DNA of 64,000 nucleotides from Schmidtea polychroa (lineage: Eukaryota): NCBI GenBank assembly GCA_044892525.1, contig CM097885.1:11968001-12032000 (forward strand), read 5' to 3'. The first letter of the stretch is position 1, and each line of letters opens with the position of its first letter. A program made the translations under genes and the position numbers. The notes under the pieces were generated by a model. The model saw nothing but the letters and a program-made list of their open reading frames with translations, was not told where the DNA came from and ran no database searches. Below are positions 27,808 to 41,245 of the stretch, piece after piece.

Positions 27808-29367
27808 AAATTACTGTGTAACGCAATTGGAGGATGGAATAAAAAGTTATCAGTACAGTTAAATTTTTTCTAATTTAAAAAAAAGTCATATTTTTGTAAG
27901 TTTTAACCTCTTAAATGGTTTATTTCATAAAACGAAATGCGCTCCTCAGTAGCGAGTTTTGTTATCCGCTAGTGTATATATACGTCTTAGTGTAACAAAA
28001 AATAAAATAATATCTTATTGGATGATATTTATTAAGATAATATGTTAATAAAAGTAATATTTATGATATATTTTTATTCGTCTTATGCGTTTTGTAATGC
28101 ATATGTTGATGACGTGTATATCCGTCATAGTCACTTAAGAAGTTAAAACTTTAATAATGGTTTTCAATAATTGATACGTGCAATTGATACAGATCCCGAT
28201 TTTTCATTCTGAGAAAATGTAGAAAAAAAAATTTAATACAATAGAAATCGCCAACTAAATATATTAAAATATAACATTTTTATACATTTCATAACAACTA
28301 AATGAAAATAATAATATTCAAACAAATTAACAACTAATAATCGTAATCTAACTGTATCAAAAAGATACTTTAATAAAATTTTAAAAAACATTTTTTTAAT
28401 CATACAAAATTTATTTTAATTTTATATTTAACAATTAAAAATTGATTTTTATACAAAAAATGTTCAAACAACAACATCATCCCAAATATTCAATATACAA
28501 GTTAAATTATTTAAATACATTCAAAATCCCTGTAGACTGGGGACTTTGAATATTAATTATAAGATTTAAAGATCTAATTAACAATGTCTCGCATGTTACT
28601 CGTTCCCAGTAATTACTCAAACTCTTCGACAATATATTAAAATCCGCAATAATTATTTTCTTAATGGTACACTTCCTAAAATGATCATTAATGTGGGTCA
28701 AACCATTCCTTCGGTAATGCTCAAGAACTCAAGTGCAGAGATGACGGGCAATCTCTCCAATGTATATTTCATTACACCCATTACATAAAAATTGATAATC
28801 GAGTATCGAACACAGACCAACTGGAGTTGGAGACTTATTAGTGAACATGCTCTAAATCTTTCAAGACGTTTAAAAAATCGTAAATATAATCTTATCTACA
28901 TGTTTAAGGATCTTATGCTTGAATTCTTTGAAACCTTCAGAATAAGGTAAAACCAACACGTACTTTTAATCAGCATGCTTAGATCTGATTTTTTTCACCT
29001 TCGGAACTTGACAACGTATTAACTTCAACGTCAAAAATAGGATCATTACTTTCAATTAAAAATGTGCAAGGATCATGAATATTCAACATACATTAATCAA
29101 CCATCTCTTTTGCCATGCGCTCTAGAAAAGATTTAAAGTATCCATTTTTAAGAAGCAACACAACCAAAGAATCAATACTTTTCGCTGAATTGATAAACGT
29201 GAATTATAAAGACCATGCACGAAAAGGTAATCCTCTCACCTTATTTTGCTTGTATTTATATTCACAAAAGCTCTCAGTAGTAGTATAAAGATCTGTATCA
29301 ATTTTTATATTTTCTATCAATTTGATATGTATTGTTTCAAAATCTAAAACAATTATATGATTATTAA

Positions 29368-29556
29368 CACATTGTATGCTGGTCACGTACTAGTACGTTT
29401 TTTGACGATGTTACATGAGACGGGTCCCGTACTATAGTACGGGTAGTATAATACTATAGTACTATTTATTGAGATTTTACTGAAAAACTAAATTTGCGCA
29501 AAAAAAAACCCCGCTTCAGCACAACTCCACCAAAAAATGTACCCGCATACAATGTG
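29368..29556. mobile_element. piggyBac-type MITE (189 bp)
   Basis: TTAA on both sides. TIRs CACATTGTATGC.GG (14/15). Confidence 0.85.
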
Positions 29557-29604
29557 TTAAGTGTATAATTAAGAAACGATATTTTATTTGACTTGTTATT
29601 ATAA

Positions 29605-29693
<89 letters not shown>

Positions 29694-30414
29694 ATTATTA
29701 TTATTATTATTTTTATTAATATTTTGTAGAAAATAAATATGTACTAAATAATATTCAAACCTTTCTTTTAAAAATAGTTTTTTATGGTTATACTCCATAA
29801 AACTCAATATGTATATATTTTTTATTTATGTAACTATTAGATTTCGAATAAAATTAATTCCTTTTTCTAATATCAACAGATGAGAATTGCATTTAAAGAA
29901 AAATTGAGTGTTTTGAAGATAGAAAAACCCAACAGAGTAATTAAAATGGTTTTTCGGCAAATTCAAACAAATAATATCTCCTAAATTTAACACATTTTTC
30001 AAAATATTATTATTTTTATTATTATGAAATATATTTTGTAAAATTAAATAAAATAATCTTTTGATAAAATTTTAAAAGAATGATAATATATAATAAAAAT
30101 AATGTAACAATAAAAATAAAAATGAAAGACAAATAGGAGATTTTAACAAAATATATAAATTCAAAAATATATATAATATTAAATAAATTTATGTAAATAT
30201 TTTTTATAATATAATAATTATAAATAAGTGCACCAAATCATTAACTGTATATTGCAATAGTAAATATATATTACAAAACTATGCCTTGACTTGAGGCCCT
30301 TGGTTTGGAAAAGTTTTGGAAAACATTGTAATTTATAAAATGAAATAGAAATCATAGAATAAGTAAAAGTCTGTTTATCAAGCGAAAAGTTTATTTAATA
30401 GTTGAATTTTGATG

Positions 30415-30644
<230 letters not shown>

Positions 30645-30660
30645 CTTATTATTCATTTAG

Positions 30661-30993
30661 CTTTACCTGGCACTCCAAAAATAATTGATATTAAAAATAA
30701 AATAATAATATCAGAAGGCAAGTCTTTATCACTGTCTTGTCAATCACAGCCAGCTGGGGAACCCCCCGGAACAATCAAATGGGAATGGGCTGAGGATAAC
30801 AAAAAGCAATTAGATCCAAATAGATATGCATTATCCAAGGATTGGATCAACACATTTGTTGATTCAGGAATATTATTAAGTAGAATTACAATTCCAAAAA
30901 TTGATAGGAGCTACCATGGACTATTTCTACTTTGTAAACTGAATCATGATCTATTGGATGATCAAACTGATCAAGTGCAAATTTGGGTAGAAC
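30661..30993 (+). CDS. Nephrin-like protein exon C (Ig domain)
   Basis: tttAG acceptor, GTGAGT donor. LPGTPKI...LSLSCQSQPAGEPPGTIKWEW...SRITI...HGLFLLCKLNH...IWVE. Phase 1/1. Confidence 0.9.
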
Positions 30994-32959
30994 GTGAGTT
31001 TTATTGTATTTAATAATATTTCAAATATAATATATAATTGTAAATAAGGGTGCTCCACAATTTGAGACATCTCTAATACTATAATCATAACTCCCGACTA
31101 ATGAAAGAATAGAAAAATATGTTTAACAATAAAATTGCAAAATATTTTGGGTTGAAAAATCATTGCAATTCCTTTAAATTTTACCATTTATATATCTAAT
31201 AACGGTTAGCTATCATTCTACATTGTTAACATAATTGACTATTTTATTACAAATACAATCTTTTATCCTTTTCTGTTTTATCCTTTGACTGGATTGTCAT
31301 CAAGCCCTTATTTTCCATTTTCAATATTGATTAGTTCTTGCATTACATCTTGTCAGTCTTCAATCATATATTGAACGAAATAATGAGCATGTTGTGAATA
31401 TTGATTATTAACCACAGAGCTACGGGTATTAATAGAATCCATAATAACAAATTATATAACAAATTATTAATTTTATTATTCAATATACAAATATTATTGA
31501 AACAAATTATAATGTCAATTTTTTGAGGAGTTTCTAAAAAATAATAATTAATATATAAGTAAGAATTTCAATATACAATCAAACATGCACAACATCATAC
31601 CATTATTTTAATACAAATTACAAAAACGCCTCACATCTTCAATAGTGTGGATATCAAAAATAAATAAAAAAAAAATAATTCAAAATGTTGGTAAGTTTGA
31701 TAAACATCTGAATAAATAGAATAAGGAAAAATTTTGTGTCTAATAAATAAATGTTAAAAAATTTTATTTTTACAAAATTGTGATATATAAACAAAATTGT
31801 TTTTTCATCTTATTATCTGCACATAAATTCAGTTTTATAAATAAGTTTTAAACAATTCCAATTTATACAATTTTTGAAAATAGTCGATCAGTAAACCTTT
31901 AAAAAAATTATATTCATAAATCATGGCCACCAAAATATTTCATAATTTTTCATTTTTATGACTAATATTGAGAGAAAGTGACGAGATGAAAAAACTAAAA
32001 AATGCAATGATATTATAAATTAAATGAATCTTAATTTGTCGGCAAGATAAAGAAAAAAATTCTTTTAATTGAGAATTGTACACTTTATCTCGGTAATTCA
32101 AAATTCCCTTAAATGGTATTTTTTAATTTAATATTAATTGTTGGTTTTTCATTAAAACAAACATTTTGTCGCTGTAAAATGAATTTTTCAAAATCAAATT
32201 TCATTCAAAATATTGAATCATGGAAATGTCCACATGCGTAAAGAAATAAAAAAAATGAAAATAATGACTGCATGTTTTAAATAAATAAACGAAAGCACCA
32301 AACAATAGAAATATATTTCAATGAAATGATTACCCCCCCCCTTCATCAACCTGTGGTCTCAGAAATTGTCAAATGCAATATTTCGAAAACCAAAATTATG
32401 CTTTAGTTACAGTTTTATTAATTAATTAAATATTCTCGCCAAAAATGATACAAATGCATTTGAACAGACTACATAATTTAATACTTTTCCTATCATAATA
32501 TTCAAATAATAATAATTGCAGCGTCCGATTAATTATAAGAGAAAAGTACCGTTATTTCCAGAAATGCTGCAATATGGTGCATATTGATGGTTGAAGAAAA
32601 CTGGAAGCACTCAACGTGCACTTTTTTAACTTATCAAAAAGACTATTTTTGCAAATATAATATAAATATTGTAATGTAACGGATATGTGCTCAATACCGC
32701 TCGAAGCAAGAAAAGAAAAGGGGGAAAACCAGCACAAACCAAAATAGTATTGTTGCGACAAGATAGTATTATGATTAACCAGTTTTGTTTTTTTTCTAAT
32801 AAACTTTTATTCTTTTTGTGGCTATGTTTAAATGACCGTGTCTCAATTATATTAGGTATTTAATCTTTATTTTTGGAGACAAACAATAATTTTGGCGGTT
32901 AAATATTTATTTCTAGCAAACCCGTTGTAGGTAATTTTGTAGGTAATTTCATTAAATAA

Positions 32960-33126
32960 AGTTTATTAAAAAGAGAGCTTGAAGACTACAAATCAGTAAT
33001 ATATCATTGTTTTTAATACTCACGATTTTTTGGCACTGCCTTTTTCAAGTGAACTTGATTCGTGAGTATCAAAAAACATCGATATATTACTGATTTATAG
33101 TCTTCAAGCTCTCTTTTTAATAAACT
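32960..33126. repeat. Foldback copy of a short dispersed repeat
   Basis: AGTTTATTAAAAAGAGAGCTTGAAGACTA.AAATCAGTAATATATC... followed by its reverse complement. Related copies at about 6990, 39130, 53420, 56250 and 62138. Confidence 0.85.
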
Positions 33127-34582
33127 CAATGGAAAAAATAATCAGTGGTGAAATTGGAAAAAAATGTTCTTATAATTAAATAAAGTAATTATGTAATCTT
33201 ATTGTGATCAGTTGTGATCTTATTATTATTAATTAATCGTTAGTTTTTTGTCGGTTGGTTGAAGTGATGTTGTTATAGATTATGTTAGTTTTATGAATTG
33301 TTTTTACGACTATTTTGTAATTTGGTATATGAGAAAAATCTTTAGAGCCCGACAGCATCTCCAGTAAAAATATGTGGCGGGACAGTCAAGATGCCTGTAT
33401 GTATTGCGTTTTACAACGCAAGTGATAATAATGTCAAAATAATATCAATAAATAGAACTAATAGATTATGTTTCCAACTTTCATTAAATAAAACAAAAAA
33501 ACCTTGGTTAGGAATTTTCAGTAATGGTTTGGCTGATATATATATAATATAATTACTTTCGTATAATTCGTAATTATCGTTTTCCCTTCTTCTATTTAAT
33601 AATTCAGGGTAGAATTCTTCAGTTAAATACACTAAAGTCCGACGATATAACTGTTTGCGGTTTGCCTCGTAAGGTCGTTGAATAACAAAGCAAACCAAAT
33701 AAAGTCTATTTGAATCTTCTAAACTTACTTAAATGTTCTTTTACAATGTCTTCTGCTTTTCTGCTGGATCCTTAGATTTTAATTTATTAGAATAATTTTC
33801 ACGGGAAAAATTACTTTAATCCGTTGACTATAATTTTTTAATTTATTCTTCCTGATTGATTTTTTTTCAAATTTTTTAATTTTTATCAATTTGTCATTTT
33901 ACTATATAGTTTTTTAAACATTTCATTTCCCAAAACACTACGGGAACGAAAATGATAGTAATAAAACACCTAATTGAGGTTTTGTTTTAACCCATAAAAA
34001 CAATAAAAATATAACATTCCACTACAAAAGTGTTGCGTTTAACTGATTAAATATTAATTGTTTGGGATTGTAATTTAATCACCAAAGCCTCCAACAATAT
34101 GTTTTCTCAATAATTATCAAAGTTTTATACACAATTTGAAAATTATTTAATTAATTTTAATTCATTTATTAAATCATAACTATTGCATCAATATTGGTTT
34201 CCTTATGTAATACTTTACAATAATTAATATATCAAACTGATATCAATAATCCGTTCCTTGAAATATATTTCGATTATTTTGCATTTTTGTTTATTTAAAT
34301 AAATATGACGTAAGTATTTATTTTCTTTGTTTGAATTAAAAATAATTCCTTTTTAAAGTTTTCATAATATTGCCATGATCAGGTTCTTAGCCTTAAAAAG
34401 ATTAATAATTTAATTAAAATATTTATGACGTTTCATATGATGAAGTATAAATTTAATAAAATAAATAAATAAATTTAAAAAAATTGCTAAAAATAGAAAT
34501 CATTAATATTAAAAATACGTTATTTGAGATTATTTAAATAAACAATAAAACCAAGTGAACTAATCAACTAAAACAAGAAAAT

Positions 34583-34641
<59 letters not shown>

Positions 34642-35834
34642 GAGAAGGAAAGCAAATGAGAAGTGTAAGAGACGCATCCTATCCTCATTCATTAACCAGG
34701 ATGGGTATCAATCCTTCCAGTAAGAGCATTTTGTGGTAATTTGTATTAACTAAAGAAATTGTAGAAAACGGATACATTTTATCCGGTAAATTAAATAATT
34801 AAATAAAGTCAAAAAAATAAAGCTTTTGTCCGCTTTCTTCGCATCAAGGAAGCCTAAAAATACTATTTTCTTTACTCTATAGTGTAAATCGTTTAATTGT
34901 ATAGAAACATTCGATCTTTTGCAGATGTCTTTTACAGGAACACTTCCAACCAAATTAGTAGACAATAAGAAGAATTGTTAAAGGCTAATTTATACATTTA
35001 TATCTTCTTTTAGATGATGAATTACAAAACAAAGTTTAACCTTACTTGTATTAACTAACATTTTTCAATGTCTTGATTTTATAAGCTAATATTTTCGTGC
35101 AAAATTAAGTTTGACAACCTCTCACAAAGGATATTTCTAATTCACATCAAAAAGAGACAAGACCGACATATTGACAAAATTGAACCTTTATTGAAATTAA
35201 GTAATTAATTAAAATAGGAGAAAACCTCAGAAAATTCAACAAAGTAACTAATACTTCTAATCTATTTATTTGAAAAAAAAACTAAATAATTAAATCAACT
35301 TGCCCCGCATATTAACCGACCGACTTAATGTGCTCCTATCTGTCAAAGTCAACCCCACCTGATCAACTGGGGATAATAGAAAATTGCCTTTTACAAATAT
35401 TTTCAAATAGCCGCAATCATCTTATCAACTGATCGACATTCCCTCACTTAAACTGATGAGTGGGTTCAAAAAAAAAAAAATATTAATAATATTAAATAAC
35501 GAGGATTATTATTAGAACTTGGATTATAATTCTCCATGTGAATCTCTCCAAAGAAATAATTCAAAATTTCTATCTACGGATGACATTTATTTTACAATTA
35601 TTTGCAATGGTAATAATATTTTTGAAAATTGCAAAAATTAATTTTCTTATATATACTTTTTATATTTCTTTATTGACATGGATAAATATAAGTAATTTAT
35701 TAAATGAAAATCTTTTGCCTTCCTAGGGTTCAACAACTGCCAAAGAACCATGAAAAGACCACTAGTTTCGGTAATGAAAATATTCTCTCATCGGTTCTGT
35801 AATCAAAAAGTAAAAAAAACAACAAAATAATTTC

Positions 35835-35882
<48 letters not shown>

Positions 35883-36072
35883 CATTTTTTAAGTTGTAAT
35901 GGTGTAAATGATTTTTCACACGCCATGTTTACAAGTTTGCAGATATTTCTTCTGTGATTTACTAACTTTCAAGTGATGTGATTTCCAGTGTTCCAGGGAA
36001 AGTATACAATAGAGTTGATTCAGCGATATTGTATACTTACCAGGTGCGAAGAGAAATCTTTGCGTCTCCTGC

Positions 36073-36114
36073 ATAGTACTGACGAGAGCCAAAAGCTCGA
36101 AACTAGTCTACTAT
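36073..36114 (+). ncRNA. Minimal type I hammerhead ribozyme, copy 2
   Basis: ATAGTA | CTGACGA | GAGC-CAAAA-GCTC | GAAA | C-TA-G TC | TACTAT. Perfect 6-bp stem I and complete core. Confidence 0.9.
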
Positions 36115-36150
36115 TGGGATTTGTACTGGGGTATCACAAAGCTTGTAATG

Positions 36151-36231
<81 letters not shown>

Positions 36232-36805
36232 TGAAATATACTTAAATATTATAAATGCATATAAAATAATAAAAAATAAAATAAAATTGTTAATTATTTG
36301 TTAGTATTTTTTATGTCCATTACGAGTTGCTTTATTTAGATCAGATTTTACTTTCTACAAATTTTTACAAATTGTCACAACCAAAAAGATTTATGTTAAA
36401 TATTTACAGATGAGTGTAAAGTAAAAGTACCTGGTGCTCCAGAACAAAATCTATTCCGAAATAAATTCGTCCGTAAAGCGTTTTAAGTGTTTTATTCTTA
36501 TTTTCTGTTTATAATGTTTTAAATATTTGTTGAAAATATTTCACTTTGTTTCTAATAATTTCTATACATTCTATTAGAAATTTGGGAAGCGAGTAAAATT
36601 ACATAGAAAATTATCAAATGCAAACTACGCATTCCGCAAAACTACAAATTTGAGAATTTAACAAGTGTAAACTCCTACGTTTACTAAATTTAAAGAATAA
36701 GAAAATTATTTTTCTAATCCGCATGTAAATGTTTAATTAACTCATAATTGTTTATTTTCAATGTTATTCAACAAATAATATTATTTGGTGATAGAAAATT
36801 TTGAA

Positions 36806-36920
<115 letters not shown>

Positions 36921-37896
36921 TGACAAAAAGAACTATCGAAAAATTGAGCGGCTAAACTGATTAATCAAAGAAAAACTTTGCTTTTGTCATGGCACACAAA
37001 ACGAAAATTTCCCGGAAAATAAAATATTTTTAGACAGCCAATTAATTTATCCAGTGGATTAAAATCATTTTAAAATCTATTATTAATTGAAATTCATAGT
37101 TTGACAAAAAAGCTAATTAATGTTTTATAATTATAAAAATGTTTATAGACAAATTTCAAAATGTTACACCCAAAAACCTCCTTTTCTAATTTAAAAAATA
37201 TTTAATTTCTGTTCAATAAATATTGAAATAATTAAACGTCAGTTTGGCATTTGGATCAGTGAGCTGCTGTTTTTTGGAGAGGATTATATTTTGCTTTATT
37301 TATTTAATGTTTATCAACCCTTAATTTATTCAATTTAGAAAGTGTTTTATATGTTTTTTTAATAAAATAATTTTCAAATAAATAAAGTGGGGTAGAGACA
37401 GAATGCAACATTATGGAAACCAGTTTCTCAACATACCATTTTGTTGGATTTAGTGAAAAGTCATTTAACAAACCATTATTCGTTTTAATTTTATCTCTTA
37501 CTCTATGTATTCAAAATTATTCACATAAAATCTTTCTAAAATATTAGCTTCGATAATATGTAAACTTTCCCTGTCGATAAAAACTGAATCAATAATGAAG
37601 TTTATTTCAATAAATAATAACTGACGTTTTAATTCAGTATTAGTTAAAACAAACATTACATAATCGAGACGTTTTTAAATTCAACCAAAAATTTTAAAAT
37701 TACACTAATTGATAATTCTTTACGAATTTTTAAAATAACATATCCTTGATTTTTTTATAATTTTTTCTAAATATTCTTTTTGAAATATTTACATTTAAAA
37801 ATTTAAATTCTAATTTTAGTTTTTCTAAAATTTTTAATAGTCACAAACAATATGTTTAAAATCAAGATACATAAGATCAATTTTATTGTCATCAAC

Positions 37897-38286
37897 ATGT
37901 CCAGCTACAAAGCCACTGGGATCAGTTTTGAATAATAACGGTTTGTCCATTTCAATATCATAAGATTATGCTATCATTGAACAACCTAATGGTCGCATTT
38001 CAGCCGATTGGGTGTAAAGCTGATTAATATCCGCAATACAACGACATATTAAGTCACAAGGCATTTCATATCCATTTTTATATTTAAATCGAGCTGCTTC
38101 CATTTGTGCACGACATACTTGAGATCGACAATCAGGGATCATACCAGTCATAAAACCTCCAGTACTTTCAGTAATATTAAAAAATCTTGTAGCTGAACTC
38201 TTCTCAATCATTTTATCTGGAACTTTTCTTTGTGTAGCTACTACACCACAATTATTGCCTCGAATACCAACGGAAAGCAATCCACC
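37897..38286 (-). pseudogene. PSMA6: Intronless fragment of proteasome subunit alpha type-6
   Basis: [23 protein letters not shown]...[54 protein letters not shown] matches alpha-6. In-frame TAA at 37966-68, then similarity continues (LFKTDPSGFVAGH). Both termini of the subunit are missing. Confidence 0.88.
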
Positions 38287-38651
38287 AAATAAATTTGATA
38301 TTAGTTGGCCAAAAACACCATTAACGTTATCAGGATCTCTTGGGGTCATAAAAAAGGAACCATCAGTTTTGTTTGTAGTATTTTCCATTTCCATTGAGTT
38401 ATCAGATTCAAAAGAACATTTATTCTCGATCATATTGCTTGATTCATAAATTTATTCATTAAATGCATTAAATTCATAAATTGCATAAATTCATTAAATC
38501 TTCATCGGAAAAATCATTATTCAAAAACTCAAATCCTTTATTAAAACACAAACCCAATCGACACCATTAACAACTCTGAGTCCAAAATTCAAATCAAATT
38601 CTAAATCTAAAAATTACAAAAACAAACTAATAAAAATTGCCATACCTCTTG

Positions 38652-38804
38652 CTCGCGTCTGTGTGCGCACACAATTCAAATGAACAAAGTAAAAAGCGCA
38701 CACAGACGCGAGATAAACTAATAATTTAACACAAAAAATGACACTGCTCGCGTCTGTGTGCGCATACAAACCCATCTCATAATACACCGCGCACACAGAC
38801 GCGA
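38652..38804. repeat. Two tandem hairpins from four alternating copies of CTCGCGTCTGTGTGCGC
   Basis: Copies at 38652-68 (+), 38696-712 (-), 38747-63 (+), 38789-804 (-, 16 bp). Loops of 27 and 25 nt. Confidence 0.92.
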
Positions 38805-38849
38805 ATTGACCTCATAATTTACCACAATATATTAGATTTTCATTGAGAT

Positions 38850-39080
38850 CACAAGTTGACAAAATCTGAATTATGTCCATTTGCAATTTCATGACAAATC
38901 ATAAATAACCTAATTACCTGTTCTCCTATTTCAGTTGGTTTCCTGAGAATCTTAAATCAATGAGTGACCGGGGGAGTGGTTCCATCAAGACATGAAAGAG
39001 ATGAAGACACGGAATCAGGGGCGTAAGGATGCGCTAATGATAGCAGATTACTGCTGGAACATGAAATGAGACGTCCCAAG
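38850..39080 (+). mobile_element. Transposase C-terminal remnant, Chapaev3 (CMC)-like
   Basis: NFMTNHK*PNYLFSYFSWFPENLKSMSD / GEWFHQDMKEMKTRNQGRKDALMIADYCW resembles the FPENLG..SDE.GERFHQD...ME.RYQG.W...M.ADYCW motif. Frameshift and stops present. Family name assigned from memory. Confidence 0.75.
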
Positions 39081-40205
39081 AGTTCCAAGAAACACATGTT
39101 CAAGCCAGAAATTTATAACAATGATGCTTAAAAGGCAATGCCGAAAATTCGTAAATATCTAAAACATCGATATATTTACTGATTTATAGTCTTCAAGCTT
39201 TTTAATAAATATATTATTATTATTATTATTATTTGTCTCCAAGCTTCTGTTGATACTAAACCTTGACACTGAAAAATATGTAAAAACGAAAAGTTTCTTT
39301 CTTCATAATTTCCTGAAAATGTTTGGTGTGCCGCGAAAATTTTACGATTTACTTACAATTTTACCACAATCCAAAAAAGGTTGAGAAATAATGATCTATC
39401 CTCTTCCGTATATATATACTATAATCAAAAATGGTAATAGTACAACAAAGGACATTCCGATCTCCATTTTTGTTTGTACGAAGAGCGGTTCTCTCGCCAA
39501 AGGGAAAATTATCACTATTTTCTATCGTTTCGTCATATACTTGGAATCCTATGAAATATCCAATAACTGTATATGTAATATCCCATTTTTTGAATCTCCC
39601 TTTAATTGGTTTTATCTACATGCATTGCTTTAGTAATATTCTTCCTTTGAATGTCTCCACGCTTAATGAATGCGGAAAATGAAGCTGGACATATTTTTTT
39701 CGAAAAGATTAACATTGGTCATATTTTAAAGAGTCTATCATAGTTATTATATAGCCTCCTAGTTAGCATATAATTATTTTACTTAAGTATAAAAATTGTA
39801 ATACACGTAAGGATCAAATTATACTAGGTATGTAATTTAATTTAATTAATAATCAATTTAAAATTCAATATTCAAATATCTATTATTATAGACAATATTT
39901 AAACAGAAGATTATTTTATTCCAAGAAAACATCAAACACTTTTTCTACATACATTCTGTTATTTTAGATAACAGATTTATATTATAATTATTTTTATATT
40001 TAAACTGTTAATATATTATTCACAATTATTATTTACATATAAATATTTTGCAATAACGCACGACACGAGTTTCAAAATGTTGCATATATTGACCACAGTC
40101 TACATATGTCATATAATAAGTACATAAAGATCATTCGAGATGGAAATAAAGAAAGAAAATGAGCTTTATTTGTGATGGCATAAATATTTGCCTCTTCCTA
40201 TAAAG

Positions 40206-40618
40206 CAGAGCTTTCCAACCGGTGTGGCGCGACACTTTAGTGTGTCGGCAGCACTGCATAGGTGTGTCGCGTGAACATAATGAAAAGCCACAGAGTCCTT
40301 TAATTTTATAAACTTTTTAACGATTGTTAGACTGAAATACAATACACAAATATAATCCGTCGTGTTTTATCTGCAAGAACTCTTGTTTACCCTATTTATC
40401 AGTTAATTAATAAATCTTGTTTTCAGTTATGAACTATCCTTTTCTGCCATTTATTCGATATTTATATTTAAATCTGTTTCATTGTCTCTTGTATAACAGT
40501 TCACCATATGGCGTAAGTTGTATGACGTCTGGTTTTCAGGTAAAACTGATTTGCTGTGTTGCGAAATGATGGAAGTCTAAAATGTGTGTCACAAGCATGA
40601 AAAGGTTGGAGAGCACTG
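40206..40618. mobile_element. hAT (Charlie-like) MITE, 413 bp
   Basis: Perfect 8-bp TSD CTATAAAG (40198-205, 40619-626). TIRs CAGAGCTTTCCAACC / GGTTGGAGAGCACTG (13/15). Confidence 0.92.
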
Positions 40619-41006
40619 CTATAAAGGGTTAAATGACATTTGACGACAGAAATTTGCTGAAAAAAATAAACCAATTGGAAACCAGCAAAACACTACGTCA
40701 GTTGACCTTTGTATTTTTTATTAAATTATTTTTAGGGATTTCAGATTTCTAATTGTGACTTTCATTATCATAATAAAGAAATTCTACAATATTAAAATAA
40801 ATAATAATAAAAATATTATTATAATAAAATGGATAATGATCTTAACCAAGGTATTCCTGACTCCGATCAACTATTATAAATAATAATACTAACAAGCATC
40901 AACAGGAATATCATAATAAATAATTCTTTTCTTATTCATTTTAATTTTTATTCAATTATATATATTCTTTACAGCTTTATATCAAAATAATTATTTCCAT
41001 ATGCAG

Positions 41007-41245
41007 ATGGTCCAGAAAATATAACCATAGACAGCTCAGTGGGAAAACCAAAGAAAATTACAAAGTACTCCAACAATTACATTGGAATGGATATTCCCAT
41101 AGTTTATGCTCAACCGAATCAGAAACTATTATTTCAGTGTACGACCTCTGCATATTACGGCACGGTCCATTTATCATGGTATGAAGGTGAAGATATCACC
41201 AACCATAAAGATAACTGGAAATTATTGGACCAGGTCACAACAGAA
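41007..41245 (+). CDS. Nephrin-like protein exon D (first half of Ig domain)
   Basis: gcAG acceptor, GTATAA donor. HGPENITI...LLFQCTTSAYYGTVHLSWY. Phase 1/0. Confidence 0.85.

Noticed and set aside
35452..35480. CTGATGAG as another hammerhead core (also 1899, 18130, 57461)
   Set aside because: No stem II plus GAAA plus pairing stem I follows.
37850..37896. IDLMYLDF resembling a CR1/L2 reverse transcriptase motif after the PSMA6 fragment
   Set aside because: Too short, and the expected KAFD continuation is absent.
37420..39392. hAT-like ends (CAGTTTCTCAAC / GGTTGAGAAATAATG) possibly enclosing the PSMA6 fragment
   Set aside because: The left end is a poor match and no TSD is present. The right end is more likely a separate hAT remnant.
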